Origin: Octopus vulgaris | Lineage: Eukaryota | DNA length: 64,000 nucleotides | Assembly (NCBI GenBank): GCA_951406725.2 | Contig: OX597839.1 | Coordinates: 9,548,001-9,612,000, forward strand | Reading direction: 5' to 3' | In this document: positions 52,125-64,000 of the stretch, piece by piece | Layout of the letters: every line of letters starts with the position of its first letter | Position numbering within the stretch: the first letter of the stretch is position 1 | Notes under the pieces: model-generated | What the model saw: only the letters and a program-made list of their open reading frames with translations | Database searches by the model: none | What the model was told of the DNA's origin: nothing | Translations under genes and position numbers: made by a program

Positions 52125-52558
52125 TATTGGGTTGTTCAGAAAGTTCGTGCTTGATTATTAAAGGAAAGAAAAAGGTCAATAAATACTTGCCATTACATTT
52201 TTAATCAACCAAATATGAACCATCTGGCCACTTAACTTCCCAAACTACAAGCCCCTTGATTATTATGTGTGGGGCACAGTTGAGTAGAGACCAACAAAAC
52301 TCTTTGTAACACCAAAGATGAACTGAAGGCAAGGATTATGGCAACATTCACCAACTTATACAACGAGACTGTCCAGAAGAGTTGCAGGAGATTCTAAAGT
52401 CGTTGGGAGGCCATGGTTGAAGCCAATGGTGATTTTATTGAATAGATTTACTCTTTACTATTTCAAGATATTTTTATGTAATTTTGGTAAATATATCTGT
52501 TAAAATGAGATGCCAGTGATATTCTCATTTTTGTGTAATTTAGACACCGCACCCTGTA
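52125..52558 (+). mobile_element. Tc1/mariner-superfamily relic (maT/DD37D-like C-terminus)
   Basis: Degenerate WPxNxPxxxPLDYYVWG at about 52225-52275; ends ...CACCCTG-TA. Confidence 0.55.
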
Positions 52559-53460
52559 TATATATATAATAATATTATTATACACTCCAAGGAATCCTTA
52601 CAGTCCTGAGTAGCACACATGGAATTACACAATGGAAAAATTCACCAAGTGACTAATAACTTATTGTAGACACAAATGTTAGATACTGACTACTGTAGTT
52701 AGCTGACATCTGGAACCAAACTGAGACTAACACGGTATCTGCCTGGATAATATATCCCTCCTAACTCACTTTATATACACACACACACACATGCGTGCAC
52801 ACACACACACACATATAGGGAGAGTTTACGGAAAAAAACAAAAGACGAAGACAGGTGGTGTACAAAACAAACAGATGTATTAGTATAATGCTCAGGAATA
52901 GAAAAAGTCTTTTACGTTTCGAGCCTATGCTCTTCTACAGAAAGGGACACAGAAAAAACAAGGAGAGAAAAAAATGTGTGTAGTGGCTAACGATCTATTA
53001 TATATATATTCACAGAAAGAAAGATAGATAGATAGTCACATACACACAACATATATATATTATTCATTCACTTGGTTTCAATGTCCAATGCAAACCTGTC
53101 TCAGAGAGGAATTGATTCTGAAACAAGATTTTATGGCTGGGTGCTCTTTTCATTGCCAAATCTCACCTGTTTTTCATGGAAGATATTTTTATATTACACA
53201 AGTCTTTGAATGTATAGAATAACTGGTTATAATAATCAGTAAGTGAAATATCAACATTCAATCACACACACACATACACACATGTATACATATCACCATC
53301 ATCATCATCATCAGAATTGTTTCAACATTCAAGTTTCCATGCTTGCCTGAGTCATATGGAATTTGTTAGGTAGATTTTCTATAGCTAGATACTCTCTCTG
53401 TCAAATGACTGAAACAAGTAAAAGAGTAATGTACACACACACTCTCACATGTCCACGTAC

Positions 53461-53615
53461 CTTCTTTGCTTTCTTTCTAGGTCGTTATTGCGAGATGTTT
53501 GTTCATCAAGATGTCGCTTAATATCTTGCATTTCAGCATTCAGTTTTGTGCATTTCTTCTTCTGACTGCACACCTGTTGACGTAGCGTTTCTTTCTCCTC
53601 TGTTGTCTCCTGATA
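53461..53615 (-). CDS. MYO18A: Myosin-18 tail exon
   Basis: 155 nt. Encodes YQETTEEKETLRQQVCSQKKKCTKLNAEMQDIKRHLDEQTSRNNDLERKQR(R), similar to human [34 protein letters not shown]. Confidence 0.9.
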
Positions 53616-56051
53616 CTGCAATAACAACACATAACAATAACTGGACTGAACACCAAAATAACATTCAAGATTTATTGTGTCATAAGACAGATTTATGGGA
53701 GGAACTACGGGGTACTATAGTTATACCTATTTCTTTACTACCCACAAGGGGCTAAACACAGAGGGGACAAACAAGGACGGACAAACAGATTAAGTCGATT
53801 ATATCGACCCCAGTGCGTAACTGGTACTTAATTTATCGACCCCGAAAGGATGAAAGGCAAAGTCAACCTTGACGGAATTTGAACTCAGAACGTAACGGCA
53901 GACGAAATACGGCTATGTATTTTGCCCGGCGTGCTAACGATTCTGCCAGCTTGCCGCCTTATGTTATACCACTATGGATGAGGTACTGCCTTGTATATGT
54001 GAGGCAAGTTACGTTCCCGTAACTTAGCAGTTCAGCAAAAGGGACCAATAGATTGCATACAGTGTGGGGACGCTAGCAACGGGTAGTATCAGAGCTATGC
54101 CGTCAGGAACTTCGGTTCCTGGTAAGGCCACCCAAGGCGGATTGGTCTGACACCGAGTGGTATTAGGGCCACAACCCGGCAGAAGGGGCTCTGGTGAGAA
54201 TCCTTAGAGTGTCTGCTTCGGCAACCGGTGGCTCCTCGGTCGTTCTGCCCCTGCACCTGCAGACAATCTGTGGCAAACAGGATATCTCTACATGCAGGAT
54301 TGTTGGGGACTGCTTGTCAAATACACATATTCCCATGAAACTTCTTCCATGAATTCTCAATGGCGAATACAACGCCTCGAGGGTGGTGGAAGAAGCCGAC
54401 TCAATCCGCCAAGGGTGAATGTCGCCACAAGTACAAGTAAGTAAGTATACTAGGCTTAGTAAGAATAAGTCCTAGGGTCGATTTTATATATCATCTTATT
54501 ATCATCATAATTCACATCCACTTTTCCATGCTTGCATGGATTGAACAAGTTTTATTGAAGAAGATTTTGTCATTGGGTATGACTATATATATATATATAT
54601 ATATACATAAGACGGGCTTCTTTCAGTTTCCGTCTACCAAATCTACTCACAAGGTTTTGGTCGGCTCAAGGCTATAGTACTAGACACTTGCCCAAGGTGC
54701 CACGCAGTGGAACTGAACCTGGAACCATGTGGTTTGCAAGCAAGCTACTTACCACACAGCCACTCCTATGCCTGTGTGTATTTGGAAAAAATTTTTTATT
54801 TGATAAAGCAACCAGAATGAGAGTGAGTGTGTGTACATGTGTGTGTGTGTATGTGTGTGTGTGAAAAATGTGTGTAGGTTTGACATACAAGTAAATACTC
54901 AAAAAACATGAAGGGAAATAAAGAATAAAGGTCAAATGATGCAAGTGGAGGTTGACAAGGATAAGCTATTACAATGACCTTTTCCTAACAGCCTTTCACT
55001 TCAACAGCATTTTATGCCTCAATCCCTTCCATAACATGTTCTAGTTTTTTGTCTTTTTCATCTCCCATTCAATGTTTCATATAATTCTGCCTTTTTATTC
55101 ATTATTCAGTTGTACACAAACTCAGGTTATCTCCCTTCATTTCCCCCCCCCCCACCATTCCATCAAACTAACTTTTATCTTTTACTTGTTTCAGTCATTG
55201 GGACTGTAGCCATATTCTAGAGTCACCTTGAATGATTTTACTTGAAGAAATCTACTCCAGTATTTAGTTTTTTAAGCCTCATACTTACTCTATCAGTTGC
55301 TTTTACACAGCCGCTAAATACTGGGGATGTAAGCAAACCAACACTGGTTGTCATGCAGTGAGCAGGGGAAACAAGCGCGTGCACACGCACACACACACGC
55401 GAGCACAATGCGTCTTCACAGTTTCTGTCTGTCACATGATGTCAAGAAACAGATACCTATTTCTTTACTGCCCACAAGGGGCTAAACAAGGACAGACAAA
55501 CGGATTAAGTCGATTATATCGACTCCAGTGCGTAACTGGTACTTGATTTATCGACCCCGAAAGGATGAAAGGCAAAGTCGACCTCGGCGGAATTTGAACT
55601 CAGAACGTAACAGCAGACAAAATACTGCTAAGCATTTCGCCTGGCGTGCTAACGTTTCTGCCCATACACACCACGTACATCCATATATAACAGGTTTCTC
55701 TCAGGTTCTATCTACCAAATTCACTTACAAGGCATTGGTCAGCCTGCGACTATATCAAAAGACACTTGCCTAAAGTCTCAAGGTGCTGCGCATGTTGGAT
55801 TGAACTTGAAACCATGTGGTTACGAAGCATGCATCTCACCAATGCAATCATGCTTGTGCCGCTTCAACAATAAATATGTGTGTGTGTGTATATGTTTTAA
55901 TCAGCGTACTAAAAGACATATACCCAAAGTCCAAATAATCAATCTATATTTATGTATACATGTGTGAGTGTGTGTACATATACATACATGCACACACACA
56001 CACACATATATACATACATATACATATATATATACATACATATATACATAC

Positions 56052-56082
<31 letters not shown>

Positions 56083-58883
56083 TATATATACATATATACA
56101 GAGTCTATTTACAAATTATACACTATTTATTTATTATTTCGTACTTTAGTTAGTTCTAGGTAAATGTTTTATCGTATCATTAATTTTTTTCTATATGGTA
56201 TGATTTAAGTATATCATTGTTGAATTGCTACATGGTGGTTCTTTAATTTATACACACACACACACACTCAGGCCTCAGTCTATTGCCAATATTCTATATT
56301 CTAAGATTTTCCATAGCTGCATCTCTGTTATATTTTCTATCATATTCTCTAACTTGATCCTTTTTTGTTTTGACAATTTGTTCAAAGAAACCTGTAGACT
56401 GAAACATGCTGCAGTTTTGTCACAGATCATTAAAATTAACTACTCTAAATATTCTCATTGATTTTACAGAGTGAGTCTTTTTGTTTGGTGATGGATACTA
56501 GTAATAGGGGGAGGAGAGAGAAAGGGAGAGAAGGGGAGAAAATGGGAAACAGAAGGGAGGTAAGTGGGGACAGAAGAGAAAGAATGAGAGGAGTGAGAGA
56601 GAGAGAGAGAGAGAAAAGAGGAAAAGTGAAGAGAGGGAATGTGAGAGTAACATACAGTGAGAGAGTGAGAGTCACTAGAAAAACTGCCAGAACAAGTGAA
56701 ACAACAGAATGTCTACAAAATAGATTCAGTCTGACATCTCTTACTTTATTCTAAAAGATGGACAGAAGGGGTGGGAGTATCAACTGATGATACTCTCAGG
56801 TTTTAGAGTACAAACAGACCCAAAAACCAAGTCGCTCCTTCTAGGGTCAGTCATGCTGTCTGGAGTTCACTTTCATTTCTTCTTCACTAACTCCAGTTGG
56901 GACTCTTTCCAGTTACTTCTGGTTTGGCTTTTAGGGCCCTGGTCCTCATTTCCTCAGAAACTGAGGGTTGTTTCATGTGATTGTAGATGGATTTTCCCAC
57001 AAACTTTTCACTTTTACCTCTACAGTAAAGGCTTTGGTTTGGAAGCTAGACTCTGTGTGTGTGTGTGTGCATATGCATGTGTGAATCTGGGTGTTTACAC
57101 TCTATGACAGCCACAATTAATAATGTTATTGTCACTTCTGTCAATAACTTGTCTGCTTGTTTTGCACTTCTGTAGATGTGTGAAATGGGGAAGCCCTTAG
57201 TGAAAAACAGGTAGGCATTAGTGACAGAAAGGGCATCATCATCATCATTATCATCATCGTCATCATCATTTAATGTCCGTTTTCCATGCCAGCATGGGTT
57301 AGATGGTTCAACTGCAGTCTGGGAAGCCAGAAGGCTGCACCAGGCCCAGTCTGATCTGGCAGTGTTTCTACAGCTGGATGCCCTTCCTAATGCCAACCAC
57401 TCCGTGAGTGTAGTGGGCGCATTTTATGTGCCACCTGCACAAGTGCCAGACGAGGCTGGCAAACGGCCACAGTCAGATGGTTCTTTTTATGTGCCACCGG
57501 CACAGGGGCCAGATGAGGCTGGCAACAGCCACAATCGGATGGTGCTTTTTACGTGCCACCAGCACAGGTGCCAGACGAGGCTGGCAAACGACCACGATTG
57601 GATGGTGCTTTTTACGTGCCACTGGCATGGAGGTCAGTTGGGGCAGTGCTGGCAATGGCCACGTTCGGATGGTTCTCTTACGTGCCAGACATAAAACAGT
57701 GCCATAAAACAGCGTCTCAATAATATATGTACATCTAACCTATGCAAGCATAGTGAAATGGATATAAAATTAACACACATATGAGTGTATATGTCTATTT
57801 TATACATCGAAAACTTACTATAGACACACAGGTTGTATATATACAACCACATAGATATACACTGAGATTCACACACAAAACACAAATTTAGTATTGATTT
57901 TGCTGTTATTTAATTTGACTGCTTCTCGTCACAGAATGATGAGAAGATCACAAATGGAAGATGTTGAAAGCAAACTACTGCTGAGATCTTAAGCTGTTTA
58001 CCACTGAAGGGTTTCTTTTTATACATGGAAGCTACTGAAAATAGAATCTACAAATTGCGACATGACAAACCATTTAAAAAACAAATTTTGTACTGAGATG
58101 GCTGACTAATTAAAGGCAGACTTAACTTGGGAAGACGTCAGCCAGGTAAATAAACAGATATTTGACAAAACAACTGACTTAACTAGCAGCAAGACAAATA
58201 AGGTTTATCTAAGCTCCTCTCATCCAGAACTTTCCTATAGCAGCAGCCTGGAAGGTAAAATTTTGGACTGGTTTGTTCAAACAGCAGTCAAGGACAAAAT
58301 TGAAATTTTCAGTAAGGGACAGTAACAAATGTAGTTTATGTGTTTACGATGAGAGAGAGAGAGAGTATTTCTTTATTCACCATAAGGTTGAGTAAAAAGA
58401 GGGGACAATACGGGGACAGACAAAACAAACTTTGGGGTCAGGGTATCGAATGAGACGAAACGTATGAATAAACAAACAATTAAAATATATACAATTAAAT
58501 GAGAATGAGTGATTAACAAAAAAAAATGAAGCGGAGGACGCGGTTGACCCCACAAACCACAAACTCACAGAAAGGAAACGGTTGATTGATCAACCTGGTA
58601 GAAATTGCAGTTAAATCCTGCCTTCAAATAAACTCACGTTATGTAGTCTTAGATATGCAATGTATGTGGTTATGTATGTGGAGATACAGACACAAAGAAG
58701 AGGGTGACAGCGAGACACATGACAGTAACACAGGGGTTTGAGACACAGGGACGGTAGCACAAGTCAGAGAAACTAAAAAAGGGAACACAGGGATCTGAGA
58801 AACAAGAGTCAAAGAGACAGGAGGAGATAGAAAACAGATAAACAACAGTCAGGGAGATAGAGAAGATTGAAGCAGGAGACACT

Positions 58884-59193
58884 GAGACAGGTGTTAGAGA
58901 GGGTCATTGAGACAGGTGTTAGAGAGGGTCATTGAGACAGGTGTTAGAGAGGGTCATTGAGACAGGTGTTAGAGAGGGTCAGTGAGACAGGTGTTAGAGA
59001 AGGTCATAGAGACAGGTGTTAGAGAGGGTCATTGAGACAGGTGTTAGAGAGGGTCATTGAGACAGGTGTTATAGAGGGTCATTGAGACAGGTGTTAGAGA
59101 GGGTCATTGAGACAGGTGTTAGAGAGGGTCATTGAGACAGGTGTTAGAGAGGGTCATTGAGACAGGTGTTAGAGAGGGTCATTGAGATAGGTG
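58884..59193. repeat. Minisatellite, 12 x 25 bp (GAGACAGGTGTTAGAGAGGGTCATT)
   Basis: Exact 25-bp period from 58884 to 59183 plus a partial unit. Confidence 0.95.
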
Positions 59194-59333
59194 GATATTG
59201 AGACAAGAGTCAGTGAAACAGGGGTCGAGAAAACATGAGTCAATGAGATTGGGGTTATTGATATAGGGGATACTGATGCAAGAGGCATTAACCCTGGGCT
59301 CAAGGGACAGAACAGTGAAATAGTAACAAATAC

Positions 59334-59461
59334 CCTTTTCTCTAGATGTCGCTTAATGTTCTGTTCCTGTTGTAGTTCTTCCTCGTGTTGATGTTGTAGT
59401 TGTTGTTTCAGGAAGTGAAGCTCTTTCCGGGATTTCTCGTAGCGTTCTTTGTAAACACTCT
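59334..59461 (-). CDS. MYO18A: Myosin-18 tail exon
   Basis: 128 nt. Encodes (E)SVYKERYEKSRKELHFLKQQLQHQHEEELQQEQNIKRHLEKR; phase matches the previous exon. Confidence 0.87.
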
Positions 59462-60692
59462 CTGTAAACAGACCATCAAGATTGAGACACTGTAACTAGT
59501 GAGAACAACAGTGGTCCACACACACACACACACACATACCTACAATTCAAACACCTCACATCAAACACCTGAAATGCTGTCAAGATGTTTTAATAACAGT
59601 AACAACAACAATAATATTGATAATAGGAATATAATCCACTACAATAACAGGTGTATTGATTAAAATGATGAAAAAAAGATGCAAGCAAATTCAAAACACA
59701 AAACCCCAGGACTTACGCACGCACAACACCAAAAGATTGCAGTGCTAGTTACTGCTTACATATTAGGTGGTGAACCTCTGGAATTACAGACACAACCTAC
59801 AGAAAATAATACTACTGGGTACTGGCCATAAATTATATAGAGTACCTGAGGACTTACACATATACTCTTTCTCTTTTACTCTTTTACTTGTTTCAGTCAT
59901 TTGACTGTGGCCATGCTGGAGCACCGCCTTTAGTAGAGCAAATCGACCCCAGGACTTATTCTTTGTAAGCCTAGTACTTAGTCTATCGGTCTCTTTTACC
60001 GAACTGCTGAGTTACAGAGACGTAAATACACCAGCATCAGTTGTCAAGCGATGTTAGAGAGACAAACAAAGGCACACAAACATATACACAAACACATACA
60101 TATATATATACATATACACGATGGGCTTCTTTCAGTTTCCGTCTACCAAATCCACTCACAAGGCTTTGGTTGGCCCGAGACTATAGTAGGAGACACTTGC
60201 CCAAGGTGCCAGTGGGAATGAACCCAGAACCATGTGGTTGGTAAGCAAGCTACTTACCACAATCCACAACTGATCACGTGTTTGTTTGTTATTGTTGTTT
60301 TGTGTTTAGCAGAGGTAGGGCATCCAGCTGTAGAAACACTGCCAGCCTCCTGGCTTCCCAGGCCCTGGTCGAACCGGCCAACCCATGCTAGCATGGGAAA
60401 TAGACATTAAATGATGATGATGATGATGTAATATAGACACAAACCCAGGAATATTTCGTGTTTGGGCAAATTGATAAAATATATCAGTTGCTATTTCTGA
60501 AATACTTAAAATATCACTAGAAGGTAGTAGACAAGTAGGTACCTCCTGTGGATATACAATGAACTTATTGTATACAGTGCTCAGGTGCACTACAACTCAT
60601 CATAGAAAGTAACCAAAACAGCATGAAAAGCACAAAGTACATAGAATTTGCACAGGGAGTGAACAGTGAAATAGTTTTTTCTCTAAATAAAA

Positions 60693-61205
60693 CTAGCAGT
60701 ATCGCCTGGTGTTGCTCGGGTTTGTAAGGGAAATAACTATATAAGCATTTTTAGAGAGTTACTTCCCTTATAGATGCCAATTCGGGCTTTCTTAGCCATT
60801 TCTGTTTTGGTGTCTTCAAGCCATGAAGTCGTTGTTCTAAAAGAACGCTGGTCTCCTTGACAACGCTTTACGACGTTGATTTTCTTACACTCCCTTCCCC
60901 ACAGCTTCACGAGGGAGGGAAGAAGGGGGAGAAGCAAACAGGTGCAGGTGTGACCATGGACGCCAACTCCGCCGCCATCGACACACGAAAAATTATGCAT
61001 TAAAATGGAATAAAAAATGATGTTAAATTATTTTAAAAATCATAGACTCATCGTAGACGCGCGCTAATACTCAGACGGGCTCGATATGAATCACGACTAT
61101 AAGATACGCGAATTTGGTTAAACTGCACCGCAAAATGTGGGAGTAGTTAGGAATCTAAATCGAAGGGGACAGACACTCACACAACTAGAGTTTTATATAT
61201 ATAGA
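60693..61205 (-). mobile_element. Non-autonomous Helitron-like element (family B)
   Basis: Reverse-complement homolog of 25067-25437 with the same termini. Confidence 0.7.
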
Positions 61206-61748
61206 TAATAAATTGGGATGGTGGGGGCATCAGCATCGGGTGTACTATTGGCAAATTTCAGGAAGCATGGATGTTTTGAAAGATGTAGTGCCTTGACAGG
61301 TAACAACTGATGCAGGTAGTTTATTCCATACTTCAGCAATTCTTATTTCTTTATTGCCCACAAGGGGCTAAACATAGAGGGGACAAACAACGATAGACAA
61401 AGGGATTAAGTTGATTACATTGACCCAGTGCGTAACTGGTACTTAATTTATTGACCCTGAAAGGATGAAAGGCAAAGTCGACCTCGGCGGAATTTGAACT
61501 CAGAACGTAACGGCAGATGAAATGCCACTAAGCATTTTGCCCGGTTTGCTAACGTTTCTGCCAGCTCACCGACTTCTTAGCAAATCTTAGTAGGATTTCA
61601 CCAGTTCTCTGAGAAAAAATAAAAGATGGGAATCTCTCTAACCATACGTCTGCTTGACCAAGGCTGACTGTGGATTAAATAGCAGATGAACTCTAACCCT
61701 ACACGAGAGCAACATTTGGGAAGAAGATATATATTTAAGATAACTCAC

Positions 61749-61863
61749 CATCAGCTGTATCTTCTTCTGCATCACCATCAAATGAGGTTGCCTGCCAAAG
61801 ACGACATTGCATCACTTCACGCTCCAGCTTCTCATTTTGTCGACGTGTCTGATTGTATTTACC
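61749..61863 (-). CDS. MYO18A: Myosin-18 tail exon
   Basis: 115 nt, acag/gtgag. Encodes GKYNQTRRQNEKLEREVMQCRLWQATSFDGDAEEDTAD; ends phase 1. Confidence 0.85.
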
Positions 61864-62779
61864 CTGTGGATGAAAGGTCACACACACACATCAGATAATT
61901 GGTGAAATAATGTTGAATACAGACAGGCCTCTCTCCCTTTCTCTTTCGTGTCATTGAGCAATGGAAAATGTGAATATTCAAATTTCATGTCACTAATAAC
62001 CCCTCTCCTTCCACACAAATACTTATATTTACTTGTCCACTTACAAAGAAACATCAGATGTATATCCTACGTACATCCTGCAGAACACAGACTTTCCATC
62101 TTTATTACAAAGAGTTAGTTCCCTTGCCTTGAGACTACTATTACCTTCTGAAAACATCACACTACATCACTGTCTATATACCAAGGGTGGGGGAAACTTT
62201 ATAGTGCGGTGGGCAAAAATTTCCAAAGAAAAAGGTCCTCAGGCAGATCACAAGTTCTAACTCTCATATCTGTGTAAATCTTGTATGTATCTATGTATAA
62301 TTCGATATACATTAATAAAGATAAGTTTAACACATTAATTTAACACGTAACATCTTCATTAATGTCACCACTGAATTTAGGAAGGTTTATATTACTTATG
62401 AGGTATTCTATATTTTTCACTAGGCTTTGGTCGGTCTGAGGCTATAGTAGATGACACTTGCCCAAGGTGCCACATAGTGGGACTGTACCCGGAACCATGC
62501 TGTTGGTAAGGAAGCTACTTATCACACAGCCACTCCTGTGCCTATACATATATATATTTTGTTTTCATGAAAGCTGCATGGTAGCATCAATAACTACTTT
62601 GAAGGAATACTTCACACCTTTTCGGTAATGTTTCCACACTCAGAACATCTAGTAAACCACACCAGATTTTTAGGTGTTTTCACTCAATAAACACTCACAA
62701 TGCCTGGTCTGGGAATCGAAACCGCGATCCTCCGACTGTGAGTCCACTGCCCTAACCACTGGGTCATTGCGCCTCCACA

Positions 62780-62826
<47 letters not shown>

Positions 62827-63348
62827 TCTTTACTCGTTTCAGTCATTTGACTGCGGCCATGCTGGAGCACCGCCTTTAGTCGAGCAAATCGACCCCGGAA
62901 CTTATTCTTTGTAAGCCCAGTACTCATTCTATCGGTCTCTTTTGCCGAACCGCTAAGTGACGGGGACGTAAACACACTAGCATCGGTTATCAAGCAATGC
63001 TAGGGGGACAAACGTAGACACACAAACACACACACGCATATATATATATATATACATATATACGACGGGCTTCTTTCAGTTTCCGTCTACCAAATCCACT
63101 CACAAGGCTTTGGTCGGCCCGAGGCTATAGCAGAAGACACTTGCCCAAGATGCCACGCAGTGGGACTGAACCCGGAACCATGTGGTTGGTTAGCAAGCTA
63201 CTTACCACACAGCCACTCCTGCGCCTATATATATATATATATATATGACAAGCTTCTTTCAGTTTCCATCTACTAAGTCATACAAAAAAAGGAAAATTTC
63301 TTTAGACAAATGTTTTAAAATGTCATAATATGAAACAACATGAATTAC

Positions 63349-63468
63349 CTGGACATCCTTGAGTTCCTTTTCAAGACGCATTCGTTCAGCAGTTTCTTGC
63401 TCAAGCATTTCAGATGCATGGCTGGTGGTTGTTGCTTCCTCTGCGAGGTCAGCGTTTAATTCTGAGAG
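63349..63468 (-). CDS. MYO18A: Myosin-18 coiled-coil tail exon
   Basis: 120 nt. Encodes LSELNADLAEEATTTSHASEMLEQETAERMRLEKELKDVQ; the ETAERxRxEKE motif is typical of MYO18. Confidence 0.9.
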
Positions 63469-63661
63469 CTACAATAACAAAACAGCAACATGTTTTTAGC
63501 AACAATAAAATCCATGCAATACTGGCCATAAAAGCACCATATATCTACAAGGTCTAATAGTTTTATCACTAAGATATAATACAGTAGCGAGTGTGTGTAT
63601 AGGACATATATCGTAGGAGTTGCCAGGAGCATGTGTATGTGTGTACATAAGCACAACTTAC

Positions 63662-63751
63662 TCTGGAGTCAAGTCGGTCACAGTGTAACTTGTATTCGTT
63701 CTTCTCACGTTCAACTTTTTCAAACTTCACCTTCAGTTGTTCCAATTCAGC
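63662..63751 (-). CDS. MYO18A: Myosin-18 coiled-coil tail exon (gene starts beyond the right end of the window)
   Basis: 90 nt, ttcag/gtaag on minus. Encodes AELEQLKVKFEKVEREKNEYKLHCDRLDSR, similar to human [30 protein letters not shown] as recalled. Confidence 0.88.
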
Positions 63752-64000
63752 CTGAAATACAACAGAGATCTTGGGTCACACAAAGATATATATATATACA
63801 CACATATATATAGTTAATCCAAACAAGAAAACACAAAAAAACACAACAACGCGAGGACATGGAACAAATATAGTATTATTGGACGCTCAGAAAATGTTTC
63901 ATCTAGTAAACCACACCAGATTTTTAGGTGTTTTCACTAAATAAACACTCATAATGCCCGGTCTGGGAAGACAGAGGAAAAAAATCGCCAACGGTACACA

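Noticed and set aside
58884-59193. CRISPR-like regular array
   Set aside because: Units are contiguous with no unique spacers, there are no cas genes, and the context is a eukaryotic intron. It is a minisatellite.

Overview
Eukaryotic, AT-rich, repeat-dense animal genomic DNA. The SINE families and microsatellite load suggest a coleoid cephalopod (Octopus-like); this is an inference from remembered repeat consensi. Two convergent split genes were reconstructed by hand from GT-AG exons that keep a consistent reading frame. (1) Plus strand 993-23909: the last 12 coding exons of a class IA PI3K catalytic subunit, p110alpha/PIK3CA-like (helical domain, kinase domain with KNGDDLRQD, DRH and DFG motifs, stop at 23907-23909). 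(2) Minus strand 63751-44337: seven coiled-coil tail exons of a myosin-18 (MYO18A/Mhcl-like); I found no further exons beyond a 100-N scaffold gap at 43610-43709. The rest is tRNA-derived SINEs, RTE/CR1 LINE fragments, Tc1/mariner relics, piggyBac-like, Merlin-like and Helitron-like non-autonomous elements, micro/minisatellites and Penelope-like remnants. Most ORFs in the supplied track are spurious. The most notable unexplained signals are: several hammerhead-ribozyme folds (one near-canonical in a PI3K intron, two back-to-back in a 186-bp palindrome, one degenerate copy in the tail of a tRNA-headed SINE); a candidate 29-nt myosin-18 exon; a PI3K splice acceptor with a GAT repeat where the pyrimidine tract should be; and unusual residues at drug-pocket and oncogenic-hotspot positions of the PI3K. 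Repeat boundaries are approximate unless a TSD or TIR is cited.
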